A DNA stretch of 64,000 nt from Diplonema japonicum. Lineage: Eukaryota; Protista; Euglenozoa: Diplonemea. Every line of letters starts with the position of its first letter. The first letter of the stretch is position 1. The DNA lies in the NCBI GenBank assembly GCA_964019335.1, contig OZ025715.1, positions 431,621 to 495,620 on the forward strand, in the 5' to 3' direction. The position numbers and the translations under genes were made by a program. Positions 39,076 through 51,667 of this stretch are shown piece by piece. Below the pieces are notes generated by a model, which did not search any database, was not told the origin of the DNA, and saw nothing but the letters and a program-made list of their open reading frames with translations.

Positions 39076-39535
39076 ATTCCTTCCGCAGCTACGGCTAATT
39101 AAATAATATAACCTTTTTGTATTGAAGCAACGTTGTCGAACATGCGGGAAATGTACGAGAGAAGTTCTCCTCACCCCTACCCCCTCTTTTCCTTTTCCTA
39201 TTGAATCAGCGATATGAAGAAGGAAAAATGTCTTCCACTTTAAATGAGAAGTGAATAGAACTAACTGCAAAGGAAAGAAAGAAGAAAAAGCGCATTTCTA
39301 TGTTACCCGGCATTGAGAATGCGTCACCCTTTTCTATCTCTGCAACTATCGCAGGACGGGACGGAAGTTACGAGGAACAGATTGTAGTCATCAATGCAGT
39401 TCTGCTTCTTTTCGTAGGTCTTGGTCTTGTGTTCGCGGATACCTTAGCCTTTGTTTTCCGTACCCCTTTCCTCCCTTTTTTTTTTGATATTCGCAAAAGA
39501 GCGTTTGACGACACACCACATAACTAGTTAATAAA

Positions 39536-40684
39536 ATGACTGAAGTCGATGCAAATGTTGAGCTGAAGAGTGCTGAGATGGAGAATAAAGAAAAAGAAGA
39601 GCTGACCAAAGCACAGAAGCCCGCTGAAGAGGCAGAGTCGTCCAGCGATGAGGACAAAGAAGTGTGCCGCAGGAGACGGGTGCTTAATGCAGACGCAGTG
39701 CCATGGTTCCCGAAGTCGCAGCGTAGCGTGAAGATGATCGACGCCAGCAGTATGCTGAGGATGAACAAGAACTCTTCGGGCCCGCCTGCAAGCATCCCAG
39801 CAGACCTGCTCTTGGAAGACCCGCTGACGCCTGAAATGGTGCACTCCGAACCACCTTCCGTGTGCAGAGCATATTCCCAGGGGAAATGCAAGAAGGGCGA
39901 CTCTTGCTCCTTTGCGCATGTCGCCAGCATCGAGACGAAGCAATACATCCAGCTGCAACGGGAGGAGGAGGCCATCCTAAAGGCGCTGGATGCGGACAGC
40001 AAGGCCAGGGAGACCTTCTCCGAGGCAGAGGTGCAGACACGGACGGTGCACATCATTGGCTTCGATTCCTCGACGACAGAAGAGATGTTCCTTGCGAAGA
40101 TGTCAGTGCATGGCGCTGTTAGGAAATTCCAGCTGTGCGGCGATGTGAAGCAACCGACACGGTACGGCTTCGTGGAGTACATATCCCCGGAAGGGGCGAA
40201 GAAGGCGATCCTGATGGACGGGAAGAAGCTGGGGATCAGGAGGTTGCGCGTGTCGCTTGCGAAGGAGGGCATCAAGGGGGGGCTCACAATCGAAGAGGAA
40301 CAGCAACTCGACATCTTGAAGAACGCCCTACGGAGGCGTGAGAGGAACGGACTGTACAAGGACCCGGACTACCACAAGATGTGCCTTCCGGATTGCAAGC
40401 TGCAGCCGTACATCCAGCGCGCGAAGGCATTGGCTTTGCATAACAAGTACGAGACGATTGGGAACGATTCCTTCAGCTACGCGAACTTCACTCAAATGCA
40501 GTTCAAGGAAGATGGCGCGTCGCCACCCGACACACCGCTGCATCCCTTGAGGCTCTGCACGCAGGAGTCCATGACGCACATGCTGCAGATAGCACTGGCA
40601 TACCGACAGGAGAGCGAGCCTGAAGACGAAGAAGACAGTGAAGACGACATCCTTGAGGGCTCGTCCAAGGAGGGCAGCGCGTAG
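39536..40684 (+). CDS. PAM2 + CCCH zinc finger + RRM RNA-binding protein
   Basis: PAM2-like LNADAVPWFP; CRAYSQGKCKKGDSCSFAH; RRM RTVHIIGF...RYGFVEY. Confidence 0.85.
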   Translation: MTEVDANVELKSAEMENKEKEELTKAQKPAEEAESSSDEDKEVCRRRRVLNADAVPWFPKSQRSVKMIDASSMLRMNKNSSGPPASIPADLLLEDPLTPEMVHSEPPSVCRAYSQGKCKKGDSCSFAHVASIETKQYIQLQREEEAILKALDADSKARETFSEAEVQTRTVHIIGFDSSTTEEMFLAKMSVHGAVRKFQLCGDVKQPTRYGFVEYISPEGAKKAILMDGKKLGIRRLRVSLAKEGIKGGLTIEEEQQLDILKNALRRRERNGLYKDPDYHKMCLPDCKLQPYIQRAKALALHNKYETIGNDSFSYANFTQMQFKEDGASPPDTPLHPLRLCTQESMTHMLQIALAYRQESEPEDEEDSEDDILEGSSKEGSA

Positions 40685-41434
40685 AGCTGGCACAACATGC
40701 GGCTCACTCCCACGTGGGCAGTGCTGACACTATCTGCCCTGCCCTGATGATGTCCAGAAGACTCACCTTGAGAGCCATGCAGCCTCGTCTAGCCGCATGG
40801 AGACCGTGATCCTGGACTACATCACCCACACGCACTTAGCTTTTTTTTATTATTTACCCGCAAAATTACAAACGTATCCAACCCTCATCCTCCCCCCTTT
40901 TCTTTTATTTTTTTATTGTCGCTCCCATTAAGTTTATTTATTTTTTTGTTCTTGTCAGTGTTCCCTCCCTGTTTCTCTACACGTTGTGAGGTGTTACACG
41001 GGTTGTTTACTTCTTTTTTTTGCTTTATCTTTTTTACAGGTTTTTATTTTGAAGATTAATAGCTACTTAATACCCACCACCCACCGGGCTCTAATTTAGC
41101 TCGTGTTTCCGTGTTTTATTTTGCACGCAACGCAGTTACATTACAGCTCAATGCGGTTAGGAAGTAGTAGGTCACCCCTTTTATTTGTTGGTTTGAAGAA
41201 ATACAACGAAGGGGCGAAAATAAAACCTTATAAGGGTGGTCCTCGAGTTAACCATCGCCCTTTTCCCCCCGCTTTTCTTGTCCCCTTTTTTTGCTTCTTT
41301 TATTGCGCTCTACCAAAATCTCGAACTATTCTTTATGTAGATTCTTCACCCCTCCTCCCCAGTTTTATTTGTCTTTTTTTTTCTTCTCCCTTGTCCTCTG
41401 CCTTACATGAAACAGCAGCCTACCTCAGGATAAG

Positions 41435-42111
41435 ATGATGATGTCGAGGAGGTTGGTCGGTCTGAGGAGGGTGGGTGTGAGGTGTGCGACGACTGCTGCA
41501 CCTAAGGTGTCCCCCCTCCCCCCTACTGTTAATGAAAAAACAATGCAGGAAGATGTGGCATCCCTGAAGCAGCTGGTGGGTGAGCAGAAGGCACATATCG
41601 AGGTATGTTCAAAGAACCCCGATTAACACAATGCAACTAAACAGGAGCTGTCGGAGATGCTCGCGAACGCGAAGGCAGCGAAGCCCCGCTTCATCGACGA
41701 TGAAGACGCCAACGATGTGATGAAGCAGAGGCTGCAGCAGCTGATGGTTGTTGTAGGTGCGTGCAGTTTCCTTATGCTGTTCTACCTCAGCAGACAGAAC
41801 AAGGCGCTCATGACCGGGTTGGACACGGTGTGTTTAATATAAAAAGAAAAAAAAATAAAAATAAAAAAGATGGCTGCCAACGTCAAAACGAAAATGGCGA
41901 CTTTGAAGGAAGAAGTGAAGGAACTTGAGAGCTGCTGGGCGCTTGAAATGCAGAAGAAGGAGGACCAGGTTTTTTTGAACAATAAAAAAGGGGGACAAAC
42001 ACTTTAAAAAAAAAAAAATAACAGCTTCAACAAATGCACCAGCAAAGTACTGAGCAGACTAGGTCTATCGACCGCCTCACCACCGCCATCAGGAGCTTTG
42101 ACAACAAGTAA
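41435..42111 (+). CDS. Small protein with predicted mitochondrial presequence, one TM helix and coiled coil (4 exons)
   Basis: MMMSRRLVGLRRVGVRCA start. Introns about 41603-41644, 41828-41869 and 41969-42024 give a continuous frame to TAA 42111. Confidence 0.65.
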
Positions 42112-42588
42112 GGTAGCGGTTGTGACTGGTTAGTGTGTTTCCCCCTTTTTTTTTCCTTTATCTTTTTAGTGTTTTCCTAATTACGTCCCGTCCCCTCTGC
42201 CTCCTAGAGGGGCTTTGGTGCTACGCATTGTTGTGCTCGCCCTCTTATTAGATACCACTTTTATGTAGAAGAAAAAAAAAAGAGCGTTTTGTTTTGTAGC
42301 CTCTATATTTCTTGTTTTTGCGTGCGTTAAAATGCTGTTTTCGGCTTGGGGTTCGGGAGGGGGGTCGACCATCGAATAAATTAGCACAATACGCATTAGT
42401 AAGACTCAGAAGTCAGGGCCCTTTTTTTTTCTTTTTCTCTTTTCGAAAAGTTTTTAAATCTTCATTCCTCATTGCCGCCATTTATTTGTTTTTATGGACA
42501 CAGCATCTTTTGATAAAGAGCTTGTCTCCCTTAGAAGGGTATATCTGACATTTATACTCCATTCTTGCATACTTTCCGCACAGGCCTG

Positions 42589-45500
42589 ATGGGAGAAGGC
42601 CGCGAAAGGCTAGATTCGTACAGGCCTGATGGTGGGCGGCATGAGAGGGGGGAGAGAAGGTGGAGTAATGCGTCACTACCGTTCCAAGGGGAGCTGGCAA
42701 GGAGCAAGGAGGGGGAGTGGGTTGCGAAGCTCGAGTCTGCAGAGGAGGCACGTGGTACTGAAGATGAAGCTTTCAAAACGTGGCTAGAGGACTACCTTCA
42801 GGAGTGCAGCAAAGAGTACACTTTGAAGGAACGAGCGAATTACACTGAACACCTTCAGGAAGGCGAGTATTTCCACGCAGCAGTGCTTAAAGACATCACA
42901 CCATGCCTCCTCACGCTGGTGAGCAATCTCTGTGCCCGCCGCGACGATCCTTCTCACTACGAGGGCTTGCATGCCATACGCCCCGTGAAACGCAGCTCGG
43001 CAGGCGTGCCGCTCTGCACCTTCGAAAGAGGAAACCTCATCTTCCATACTTCCTTTTCGCCTGCTTTCCCCAGCAAGCTCGTCAGCAGCCTCACGGCCAT
43101 CAACAGCAGCAAGTTGCCCTTCGTCAGCACACCCTACGCAGCAGTCTACTATGTACGTGGCATCCGTGTGCTTGTCACTTCGAAGGTGGGCATCAAAGAA
43201 AAGGCCGACACACCTTATGCAGCCAGTGTCTCCCACCTGCTGCACACCCTGACGAGCACTGATGGCGCTCTCGGCATGCACACTACGGCGGGTGGTGTGC
43301 TCCTTGTGCTTCCCTTGAGACGAGTAGACATGTTCACCTCTGACCCTGACCCTGAAAAGGTGCTGACTTGCACGGTCCCTGAGAATCCTCAGAAATTGGT
43401 AGAACTTTTGCACGAGAAAGGCATGAAAATAAAACACCTCCCACTAATGTTGAGAAAGGGAAGCACAAGGATGAACGAGCTCGTCATCATTGAGATGGTT
43501 GCGCGAACCATGCGGCACGTGCTCGCAGCTGAGGTCAGTGCCGTTGAGTGCACGGAAGAATACCTTATGGAGGTGTGCAACAGGCTAATTTTCCACACGC
43601 TGATTGACAACGATAGCTGGGAGACACATGTGATACCTTGTGTACGTGCTAAGTTTAAGGATACTGACCCGAGTTATTTGGAATGGGGAAGCTACGTGGG
43701 AAGGGGCAACAGACAAGAGCTGCTAAAGAGGTTGTGCCACGTCCTTGGCACAGTGACCGTAAACCAGGAGGTGACTGAGGTGGTCCCTATCCTGAGCAAA
43801 GTAGTGGGTACGGGGGTGCATGTTGACAACACAACAATGGATGCAGCAGAGGGGTTAAAAAAGTCGCTGCTTGAGACAATGCAGTGCATGCACTCCGTAA
43901 CGAAGGCTGGCCATTACCCATCATTGTTAAGCACCCCCGAGGTACGGGAGAATCAGGCATACCATATACACGCCTTGCTGCTGCATGCTGAGTGGCTAGT
44001 GAAGAACGACAATGTGAACAGAAGCTTCGACTTGTACGACAAGAGCGTCAGCATCGCGGGTGACGACAAGATTCTTGCACTGTGGTTGAAGCTCATGAAA
44101 GTAGAGACTGATGTTCAGGGTTATGAGTATGAAGATCACGAGACGCTTCTACCGCAGATAGAAGACATTGTTGACGAGATAGACAGAGCACTGCGCGATG
44201 GGATTATCACAGAGGCAGGTGCATACCCAAGGATACAAACAGCCCTGCAGTGTCTACACAGAGGTTACACTGCAACTGATGTTATGGACCTTGCTGAGAA
44301 GTATTGTTTGCAGTCGGTCAAGCTGCTCGAGCGCACCAGGGGTGCTTGTGCAGAGGACACGGAGGCGGTGACAGATTTGGCAAACATCTATATGTCTGTT
44401 GGAAAGCTTGAAGAAGCAGAGATAAGGTACCAGCAAGTGACCGACACATACGTTGCACGATACGGTGAGGAGCACCCCGACACAGCCACCGCCATGAATA
44501 ACCTTGCATGCTTGCATTACAACAGGGCTTTGAAGGCAAAGGGGCGAAGGCGGAGCAGTGCTGTGAAGCCGGTACTTAATGCGACAGCCCTGGAGCAGTT
44601 CACAAAAGCTAAGACCCTGCTTGAGAAGGTTGTGGCTATCCCTGAAGCGGTACTGCAGGAGAGTGATAGTGCACTGCTGGCAGATGCTCTTAATAACCTC
44701 GGCTCCGTGAACTTCCTGATGGGCGACTACGCGGCAGCAGAGGCAAACTGCACGCGGAGTTACGAGATAACAGTCATGGCGCACGGCGAGGACGACGCTA
44801 AGGCGAGAAGTGCGAAGAAGAATCTGAACATCATGGCGCACCGCAGAGAGAGCCAGTCCGCGATACATATCCAAGCAGTGTTCCGGGGGCACGAAGGGAG
44901 GAAGGTAGCGAGCAAGAAGCAGCTATCGTTGCTTCTCATACAGAAGGCAAGTAGGGGTTACTTGTCGCGTTGCACAATCCGCGCCCTTCAAAACAGTCCG
45001 ACTCAAGATGGACGTGGCGCACAAGAAGAGAATATTAAGCCCACGGAGCAGCAAGAAGACAAGGAACCAGTGACGGAAAGAGAAAACCGTGCCGCGATTA
45101 AGATACAAACGCTGCAGAGAGGAAACGCTGGTAGGAAGAAGAGTAGGAAAAAGAAGCAGGATCTCCTCGATAGCAAAACGAACAAAGAAAAGGAAGCAGC
45201 ACAAGCAACTGCTGCAACTAAAATACAAGCACGGCACAGAGGGAACGTGGCAAGGCAAAGGACCAAGGAAATGAAAAAAGAAATTCGAGAAACTGTAGAG
45301 GAGCCCGAAGAAGTAAAAGCTAAAGAAGCTGAACAGACAGCGGCCGCAACGAAAATACAAGCACAGCACAGGAGCAGCACCGCAAGGCGAGAGAGCAAGA
45401 GGTTGGCAGAAGAACAGCAAAGGAAAACGGAAGATAAAAATGGGAAAGAAGAAGCACATGAGGAAAAGGAAAAGGATCAAAATGCAAAAGAGGCAACCGC

Positions 45501-48500
45501 AGCGACTAAGATACAAGCACGGCACAGGGGGAACATGGCAAGGCAGAAAGCTAAAAACAAAGGCTCGGAAAAGGGACGTGAAAAGAAAGAAGCTATGCAA
45601 CAAACAGAACAGGAAACCGCAGCAACTAAGATACAAGCACGGCACAGGGGGAATATGGCAAGACAGAAAGCTAAGAATAAAAATAAAAGCACAGAAAAGA
45701 GAGAAGGTGAAGGGAAAGAACCCACGCAACGGGCCGAACAGGAAACTGCGGCGACTAAGATACAAGCACGGCACAGGGGGAACATGGCAAGACAGAAAAC
45801 TAAAAATAAAAGCTCGGAAAAAGAAAATATTGAACGGAAAGAAATCGCGCAACAGACTGAACAGGAAGCTGCGGCGACTAAGATACAAGCACGGCACAGG
45901 GGGAACATGGCAAGGCAGAGAACCAAAGAATTAGCCCGAGTAGAAGAAAGAGAGGAGACCAATGAAAAACAGATGCAAGAACAAAAGGCAGCGATTAAGC
46001 TGCAGTCGCTGCAACGAGGCAACATGGCCAGGAAAAAGTGCAAAGATAAAAAGAAGGTTGAGCAACAGAAAGCCCAGGAAGCTGAGCACGCTGCAACGAA
46101 GATACAAGCCCTTCACAGGGGGAATGCGGGGCGGAAGAAGAGCAGAAAGACGGTATCTCAGAGGCAAAAAGAAGAAGAAAGCGCGAAGGCTGAACAACAG
46201 CAAGCCGCAACGAAGATACAGAGCCTGCACCGGGGGAACGTGGTAAGAAGAAACAAGAAAGAACGGCGGTTGACACTTCAACTAAAGGAACAACAGATAA
46301 AAGAGCAGCAAGAGGCAGCGACAAGGATACAGGCTCTACATCGGGGGAGCACGAAAAGGAAGGAGCTGGGCTCCAAGGCAGAGAAATGCTCAGACGAGCA
46401 GCACAAAGCAGCAACGAGAATCCAAGCGCTACATAGAGGCAAGATTGGGAGGAACGCTGCGACAAAGAAGAAGCTAGGCGCACATGGGACGACGCGTGCC
46501 GAGGCGCAGAAGCGTGCAGAAGTACTGAAGCAGAAGGTTTTGATGAAACAGTGCGTGTCGCGCATAGGGAGTGAGGTGAGCAAGTTTGAAGATGATGAGC
46601 GGCTGGCGATTGAGATCGACGAGGCAACGCAGAGACATACGCTTGGGATGTCCGGGCTGGAGGACAGGTATATGGTGATGAACAGAAACTGCAAAAGGAT
46701 GGCACTGCAGAACGAAGAGGCAGAAAAGAGAGAGAAGACATCCGAGGAAGAGAAGGCAACGCGCCGCTGTGTAAAAAGAGAAGAAATGGTCATTCGGCTT
46801 GGGGAAGAGGCAGTGCTGCTGTTCGAGGGACAACACAGCATGCTCGCGCGGCAGGAAGGAAAGAAGAGGCGCGAGATGCTGAGGGAAGAGAAATACCTGC
46901 GAAAACAGCTAAAAGAGTATAAGGACGCAGAAAAGAAGGATATCAACAAGAAAGAAGAGCGGCGACTACGGCACACTGACTGGAACACACAGCGGGCCAT
47001 CGAACTCAACGGGAGCGATGAGTTCAAAAACAAGGAGAGAAGAAAGCTCTACATGATGGGAAAGGAGGAGGAACAGAAAGCACGCCGCGCAAGGGGGGAG
47101 GCAAGGAGGATTGAGGTGGAATTGCGCGCGAGGCAGGTATGCCACGTAAGTGTTAGGTACCCTACCAGTTTTGTTCTGTTTACACAGCCATGTATTCAGA
47201 GCACCAGATGTAGGGGAGAGCTTTGTTTATATGTTTTATTTGAACTTTACTTCACACAGATACGCGACACGACAAAAACACTGCGCAATACGTGCAAGGA
47301 ACGGAAGGAGCTCGACCTACTCAGCAGGGAAGAAGCGGTGAAGCAGCAGAAAAAGACGCAGCACAAGTTAGACCGGCAGCTGCTGGCACCGATCGGGACG
47401 CCGCACTCCTTTTATGATTATTCACCACCTCAGACTTCAGGAGGTGTCAGCGAGCAGAAGAGTATTCTGGGCCCTGTTAAGCCCGCCGGTGTCGGCATGT
47501 GCGACGGCGTGACGAATGAGGTTGCTGCTGCCCTGGAAAGACGGGACAGAGATTTTCGCCTATCACAAAGGCTCCTCACCGAGCCACCGCACTTCCTCCT
47601 GCGGCACCAAGAAGACAACGACATTGTGAACGTGTTCTATAAAGCAGAAGCAGGGAAGCAGATGCCACAGTCGCATGCTATCGACGACCCACCGCTGCAT
47701 AACGCAGCGTGTGTTGCCACGCCACCTGCGGAGAGACCACACTCGCCGCTGGGAGTAGGTGGTGCCGAGCCTGTTGAATCTAGGGCTGCCTATACTGAAG
47801 ATGGGAATGGCAAAGATGTGGTACTTGAGAAGAATAAGATAGCGTCTGCTTTCGCTAGCAACGGAGACTACGAACAAGCAGCCCTGAACTTGAAAAGCGC
47901 AAACCTTGCAACCTTAGAAGGAAGCGAGCCCCATGAAGGGAAGACAGGGTTACTGTTCAGTAGCAAGGAGGAAAGGCTGCACTTGCGTGCTACGACGCTG
48001 AACAACGTTGCCTGTCTCTACAAGAGGCTGAAGAACTATAAGAAGGCGCTTGAGTATTTGGTATGTGACACCTGCATGCAGCATGTCACAGGCGGTTGTA
48101 CATGCCTTGGAGTCTTCATTGTCTGACGAGAGTCCTGCTACATTGCTGAACCTCAGTGCTGTGCACGCTGCGCTCGAGGAGCCCATCCCAGCGCTAGGAT
48201 ACTGCAGAGGAGCGATGCGTGTGCTGCGGCACCGAGTTGCAGCTGGACTGGTATGCCGTGAGGGTCATCCATCTCTGCAGACTGCCCCGGAGCTCATGAA
48301 CGCAAAACTTCTGATCATAGTGATGATGCACAACCTGGCAGCAGCACAGGCCATATCGACCAATGAGGTATCCAAACACAGCAGCCACACGCCACAGGTT
48401 TCGTCTGCGTACAGCAGTTACACCATCGCCCTAGAAATGGCCCGGTCCTTCTTGGGCGGCAACCATCAAACTACGAAGGTCATTGAGACAGCACTGAATG

Positions 48501-48607
48501 AATTCAAGAAGCAGTCAAATAGAGTGTTTTATAACACAGGTGGCCGTGTTAAGTTGGGCAGAAATAAGTTTCCTGTAGTCACAAAAGGGGCCCTTTCTAG
48601 GGTCTAG
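42589..48607 (+). CDS. CLU-like domain + TPR + multiple IQ-motif + coiled-coil protein
   Basis: LHEKGMKIKHL...IEMVARTMRH (CLU central-like); HPDTATAMNNLA TPRs; more than a dozen ATKIQARHRGNMAR-type IQ motifs; C-terminal TPR ATTLNNVACLYK. Introns about 47137-47259 and 48061-48091. Confidence 0.8.
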
Positions 48608-48679
48608 TTGTTTGTACCCTTTTAGGCTTTTCTAATCATGCTAGTCGAGTAATTGTACACAGGTTTTTTTTACACTGAT

Positions 48680-51562
48680 ATGAAGAAGCGCTCCCTTCAT
48701 AACTTGCACTGTCCCTTGGTTAAAAAAGTGGTGCCTGAGCAGGTGCCTCCGCCGCCAGGGGAACCCCTAAGCGCAGTGAGCAACCAGCCTCCAGCAGGTG
48801 AAGGGTCGAAGGAAAACAATGCAGTGATACCACTCCTTTCTGTTGATAGATCGCATGAACCTGCCACAATCGGGGAGCCGCCCACAATTCTGCCAGAGAA
48901 CACGCCGACACAGTCTGCTGAAATGCAAGCTAGTCCCAAGCAGGAAGATCACGACATGGGGGAGGTAGCGGAAGCCCTGATGTTGGGTGAGCAAGCGGAA
49001 AGCTCTTCACCGCAAGGTGGTTCTGTGCGTGTTGAGTGTAAAGACGACCACAGTGCAACGCACGGAACCATCTCTGCAGCGCCTCCTGAAGCTGAGCATG
49101 TGGAACCCGACAATGTTTTATCGCCCTCAGAAGGGGTCAAGAAAGCCACCCAGCTTGACAACAGGAGAACGAGCCAGAACGAGTTGCTATCTGAAGGGTT
49201 GACCGCAGAGCAGTACTCGGATGGAACGCCACAAGAGGAGCCTCGTTGCAGCAATCCTGTGATGGCCACCCCACGTGCCAAGGAAGATTCTGGCAATCTT
49301 ATAATGGCCACCCTGTGTGCCAACGAAGATTCTGGCAATCCTGTGAGGGCCACCCCGTGTGCAAACGAAAATTCTGGCAATCCTGTGATGGCAACCCCGC
49401 GTGTCAAGGAGGAGTCTGGCAATCCTGCGGTGGCCAAGCAAGATCTTGCTTGCAAAATGGAAGGCTACGTGACACCGAAGATGACGCGACCACCAAAGAT
49501 TGAAGACGTGAAAAAGGCTGACAATTTTGAGCCGAAGAAAGTTGAGAAGAAGGCTCCGGGCAAAAAACGCTGCGTGGTGGCAAAGAAAAACAAGTGCACG
49601 AAAAAGCCGAAGCTGAAAAAGGATCCTGTGCATGAGTTATACGACTCGGTGGAAGTGGAGGAGGTGGCTTTCAGCACTAGGAGCAGATACTTCGAGAAGT
49701 TAGAAAACAACATATTGCAAGAAGCATGGAAGACGGGTGCCGTGCAAGTCTACGCAGCCAACACGCCGCTGTGCGAAGGGTGTCCTGCATTCAGTGTTGT
49801 TGAGGTGCACCCAAATAGCAAGTGGTTAGAGGTAGTGCTATGGAAAACAAGCAGTTGCCGCGTTAAGGGTGTTAAGAACGAAGAGGCTATGAAGGTGCTT
49901 AACAGCAGGCTGTTTGCTCGCCTGTGCTCCGTGTCGAAGGAGCGCACAAGTCACATTCGTATTGGTGCTGTGATGGGAAAGCGCTTCTTCGGGGACATGT
50001 GGCTGTACCGCGGTGATAGTCTTGTCTACGACCATGATCCCTTCTTCAGCAGAAGGACATGCTTCTGGAACGTGAGCTCGATGAGCACAGTTGGTGTTTG
50101 GTCACCTTCGTTGGCTGTTGTCAGGACAGCTTCTCTGCTGTTGAAGGGTTCTTGTCAGTGTGCTGTGGTGAAGAATGTTGCGGCTTTGTCAGGCGGTCAG
50201 AAAACAGAGGCAGCTAGCATTGCACCAATACCTGATGGCGATAAGCTACTAACATTGTGTGCCGTGGTAGAGGACAGCGTAGCAGGTGTGGCTGTAGGCT
50301 CTTACGCGGTGGATGGTGTTTTCACTCTAGAAGGCGTGACAGTGAAGGACATTTACAGAAGGCAGGGCCTTGGAAGGCTACTTGTTGCTTGTCTCACGAG
50401 CCACTTGCAGACAGGCACTGCCTCGTGTGTGACTCGCACAGATGTGAAAGGTTCTGGTTTTCTACTTGCTCTCGGGTGGGCACAGGACGGTGAGGTGTTG
50501 AAGAGAACAGTTGTCGTTCCTGAGCACCCACCGCTGCACGTCATCCGCGTAGAGACGACGAAAAAGACACGGGCTGTCGACATGCCGAGCAGAAAACGAA
50601 AGCTGCAAGAAGCCCCACAGTGTGCGAAGAAGGCGCGCCTCAAGCAAACCGAGACAGCAAACACACAGCCCGTGAAGGTGAAAGGGGGTGCAAAGAAGCG
50701 TAAAGCGAATGAAATTGCCGCAAAGACAAAAGAGGCGCGCAAACCGAAGAAGCAAAAGTGCTCAAAGGCCAAAGAAACGAAAGTCAGGGAAACGAAGAAC
50801 GACAAGCCCGCTAGGAAGCCAAAGGAGAAACAGCCCAAGGCAAAGGTCCGTGCTCCTAGAGAGAAGAAGGAGAAGAAGCCAACTAAGCCTGTTGAAACCG
50901 AGCCTCACAAATGTAAAGCAGACCCAGCTGCGAAGCGCGAGCTTGGCGGCATGTTGACGACCATGGTGCGGGAGACATGTCAGGACGAGAGCGTCACAGG
51001 AGAGATGAAAGGCACGGTGTTTAAACCGTGTACTGAGGTGTTCCCCTTCATCCATGCAGGTGTGCAGTACCTGAACACCGCTAAGGGAAAGAGCGATTGG
51101 GATCAGCACAAGCAGAGTGTGTCACACGTGAAGGGAGAATGTGTGGCTCAAGAGACGGACGTCACTGACCAAGTGCTTGCCACCTTGACAGGAGTGGTAG
51201 CTAAAATGAACAAGTCTGCTTGCAAGGCCGACATCTTGCTGAGTGTCGCGTGCTGCCTTCTAGTCAACCAGCTCAGCGACGAGGAGAAGCACAAGGAAAG
51301 CTCGAAGTGGCAGACACTGCAGGCATCATGCAGAGAGGGCATTGAGACGCTGACTGCTGAGCACCATCATTTCGCGCTGCTTCACAACGCAAGTTGTCTT
51401 GTTGCGGGTACACTTGTTGACTGCCTTGTAGCATGCGAAAAAGAGGAGTCTTCTGACTCATATTTCCAGCTAGCATCACAGCTTGATGAAGCCTTGACTG
51501 CTTTGGACCTGCCTACTGTTCGTGACTGGGTGTGGACAGTCGTCACGGAGATCGACGAGTGA
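48680..51562 (+). CDS. Unknown protein with GNAT acetyltransferase-like domain, Lys-rich region and 14-aa repeats
   Basis: LEGVTVKDIYRRQGLGRLLV (GNAT motif A) and GFLLALGW. Four 42-bp units SGNPVMATP... at about 49250-49430. Confidence 0.65.
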   Translation: MKKRSLHNLHCPLVKKVVPEQVPPPPGEPLSAVSNQPPAGEGSKENNAVIPLLSVDRSHEPATIGEPPTILPENTPTQSAEMQASPKQEDHDMGEVAEALMLGEQAESSSPQGGSVRVECKDDHSATHGTISAAPPEAEHVEPDNVLSPSEGVKKATQLDNRRTSQNELLSEGLTAEQYSDGTPQEEPRCSNPVMATPRAKEDSGNLIMATLCANEDSGNPVRATPCANENSGNPVMATPRVKEESGNPAVAKQDLACKMEGYVTPKMTRPPKIEDVKKADNFEPKKVEKKAPGKKRCVVAKKNKCTKKPKLKKDPVHELYDSVEVEEVAFSTRSRYFEKLENNILQEAWKTGAVQVYAANTPLCEGCPAFSVVEVHPNSKWLEVVLWKTSSCRVKGVKNEEAMKVLNSRLFARLCSVSKERTSHIRIGAVMGKRFFGDMWLYRGDSLVYDHDPFFSRRTCFWNVSSMSTVGVWSPSLAVVRTASLLLKGSCQCAVVKNVAALSGGQKTEAASIAPIPDGDKLLTLCAVVEDSVAGVAVGSYAVDGVFTLEGVTVKDIYRRQGLGRLLVACLTSHLQTGTASCVTRTDVKGSGFLLALGWAQDGEVLKRTVVVPEHPPLHVIRVETTKKTRAVDMPSRKRKLQEAPQCAKKARLKQTETANTQPVKVKGGAKKRKANEIAAKTKEARKPKKQKCSKAKETKVRETKNDKPARKPKEKQPKAKVRAPREKKEKKPTKPVETEPHKCKADPAAKRELGGMLTTMVRETCQDESVTGEMKGTVFKPCTEVFPFIHAGVQYLNTAKGKSDWDQHKQSVSHVKGECVAQETDVTDQVLATLTGVVAKMNKSACKADILLSVACCLLVNQLSDEEKHKESSKWQTLQASCREGIETLTAEHHHFALLHNASCLVAGTLVDCLVACEKEESSDSYFQLASQLDEALTALDLPTVRDWVWTVVTEIDE

Positions 51563-51667
51563 ACATAGGCATTCACACAACCATCTTCCATATGTGCAAT
51601 GAGCACAAGCCCCTCCCCCCCTATTTCATTCTTACGCGCACATAACAGCAAGTTTAAACAGGACAAG

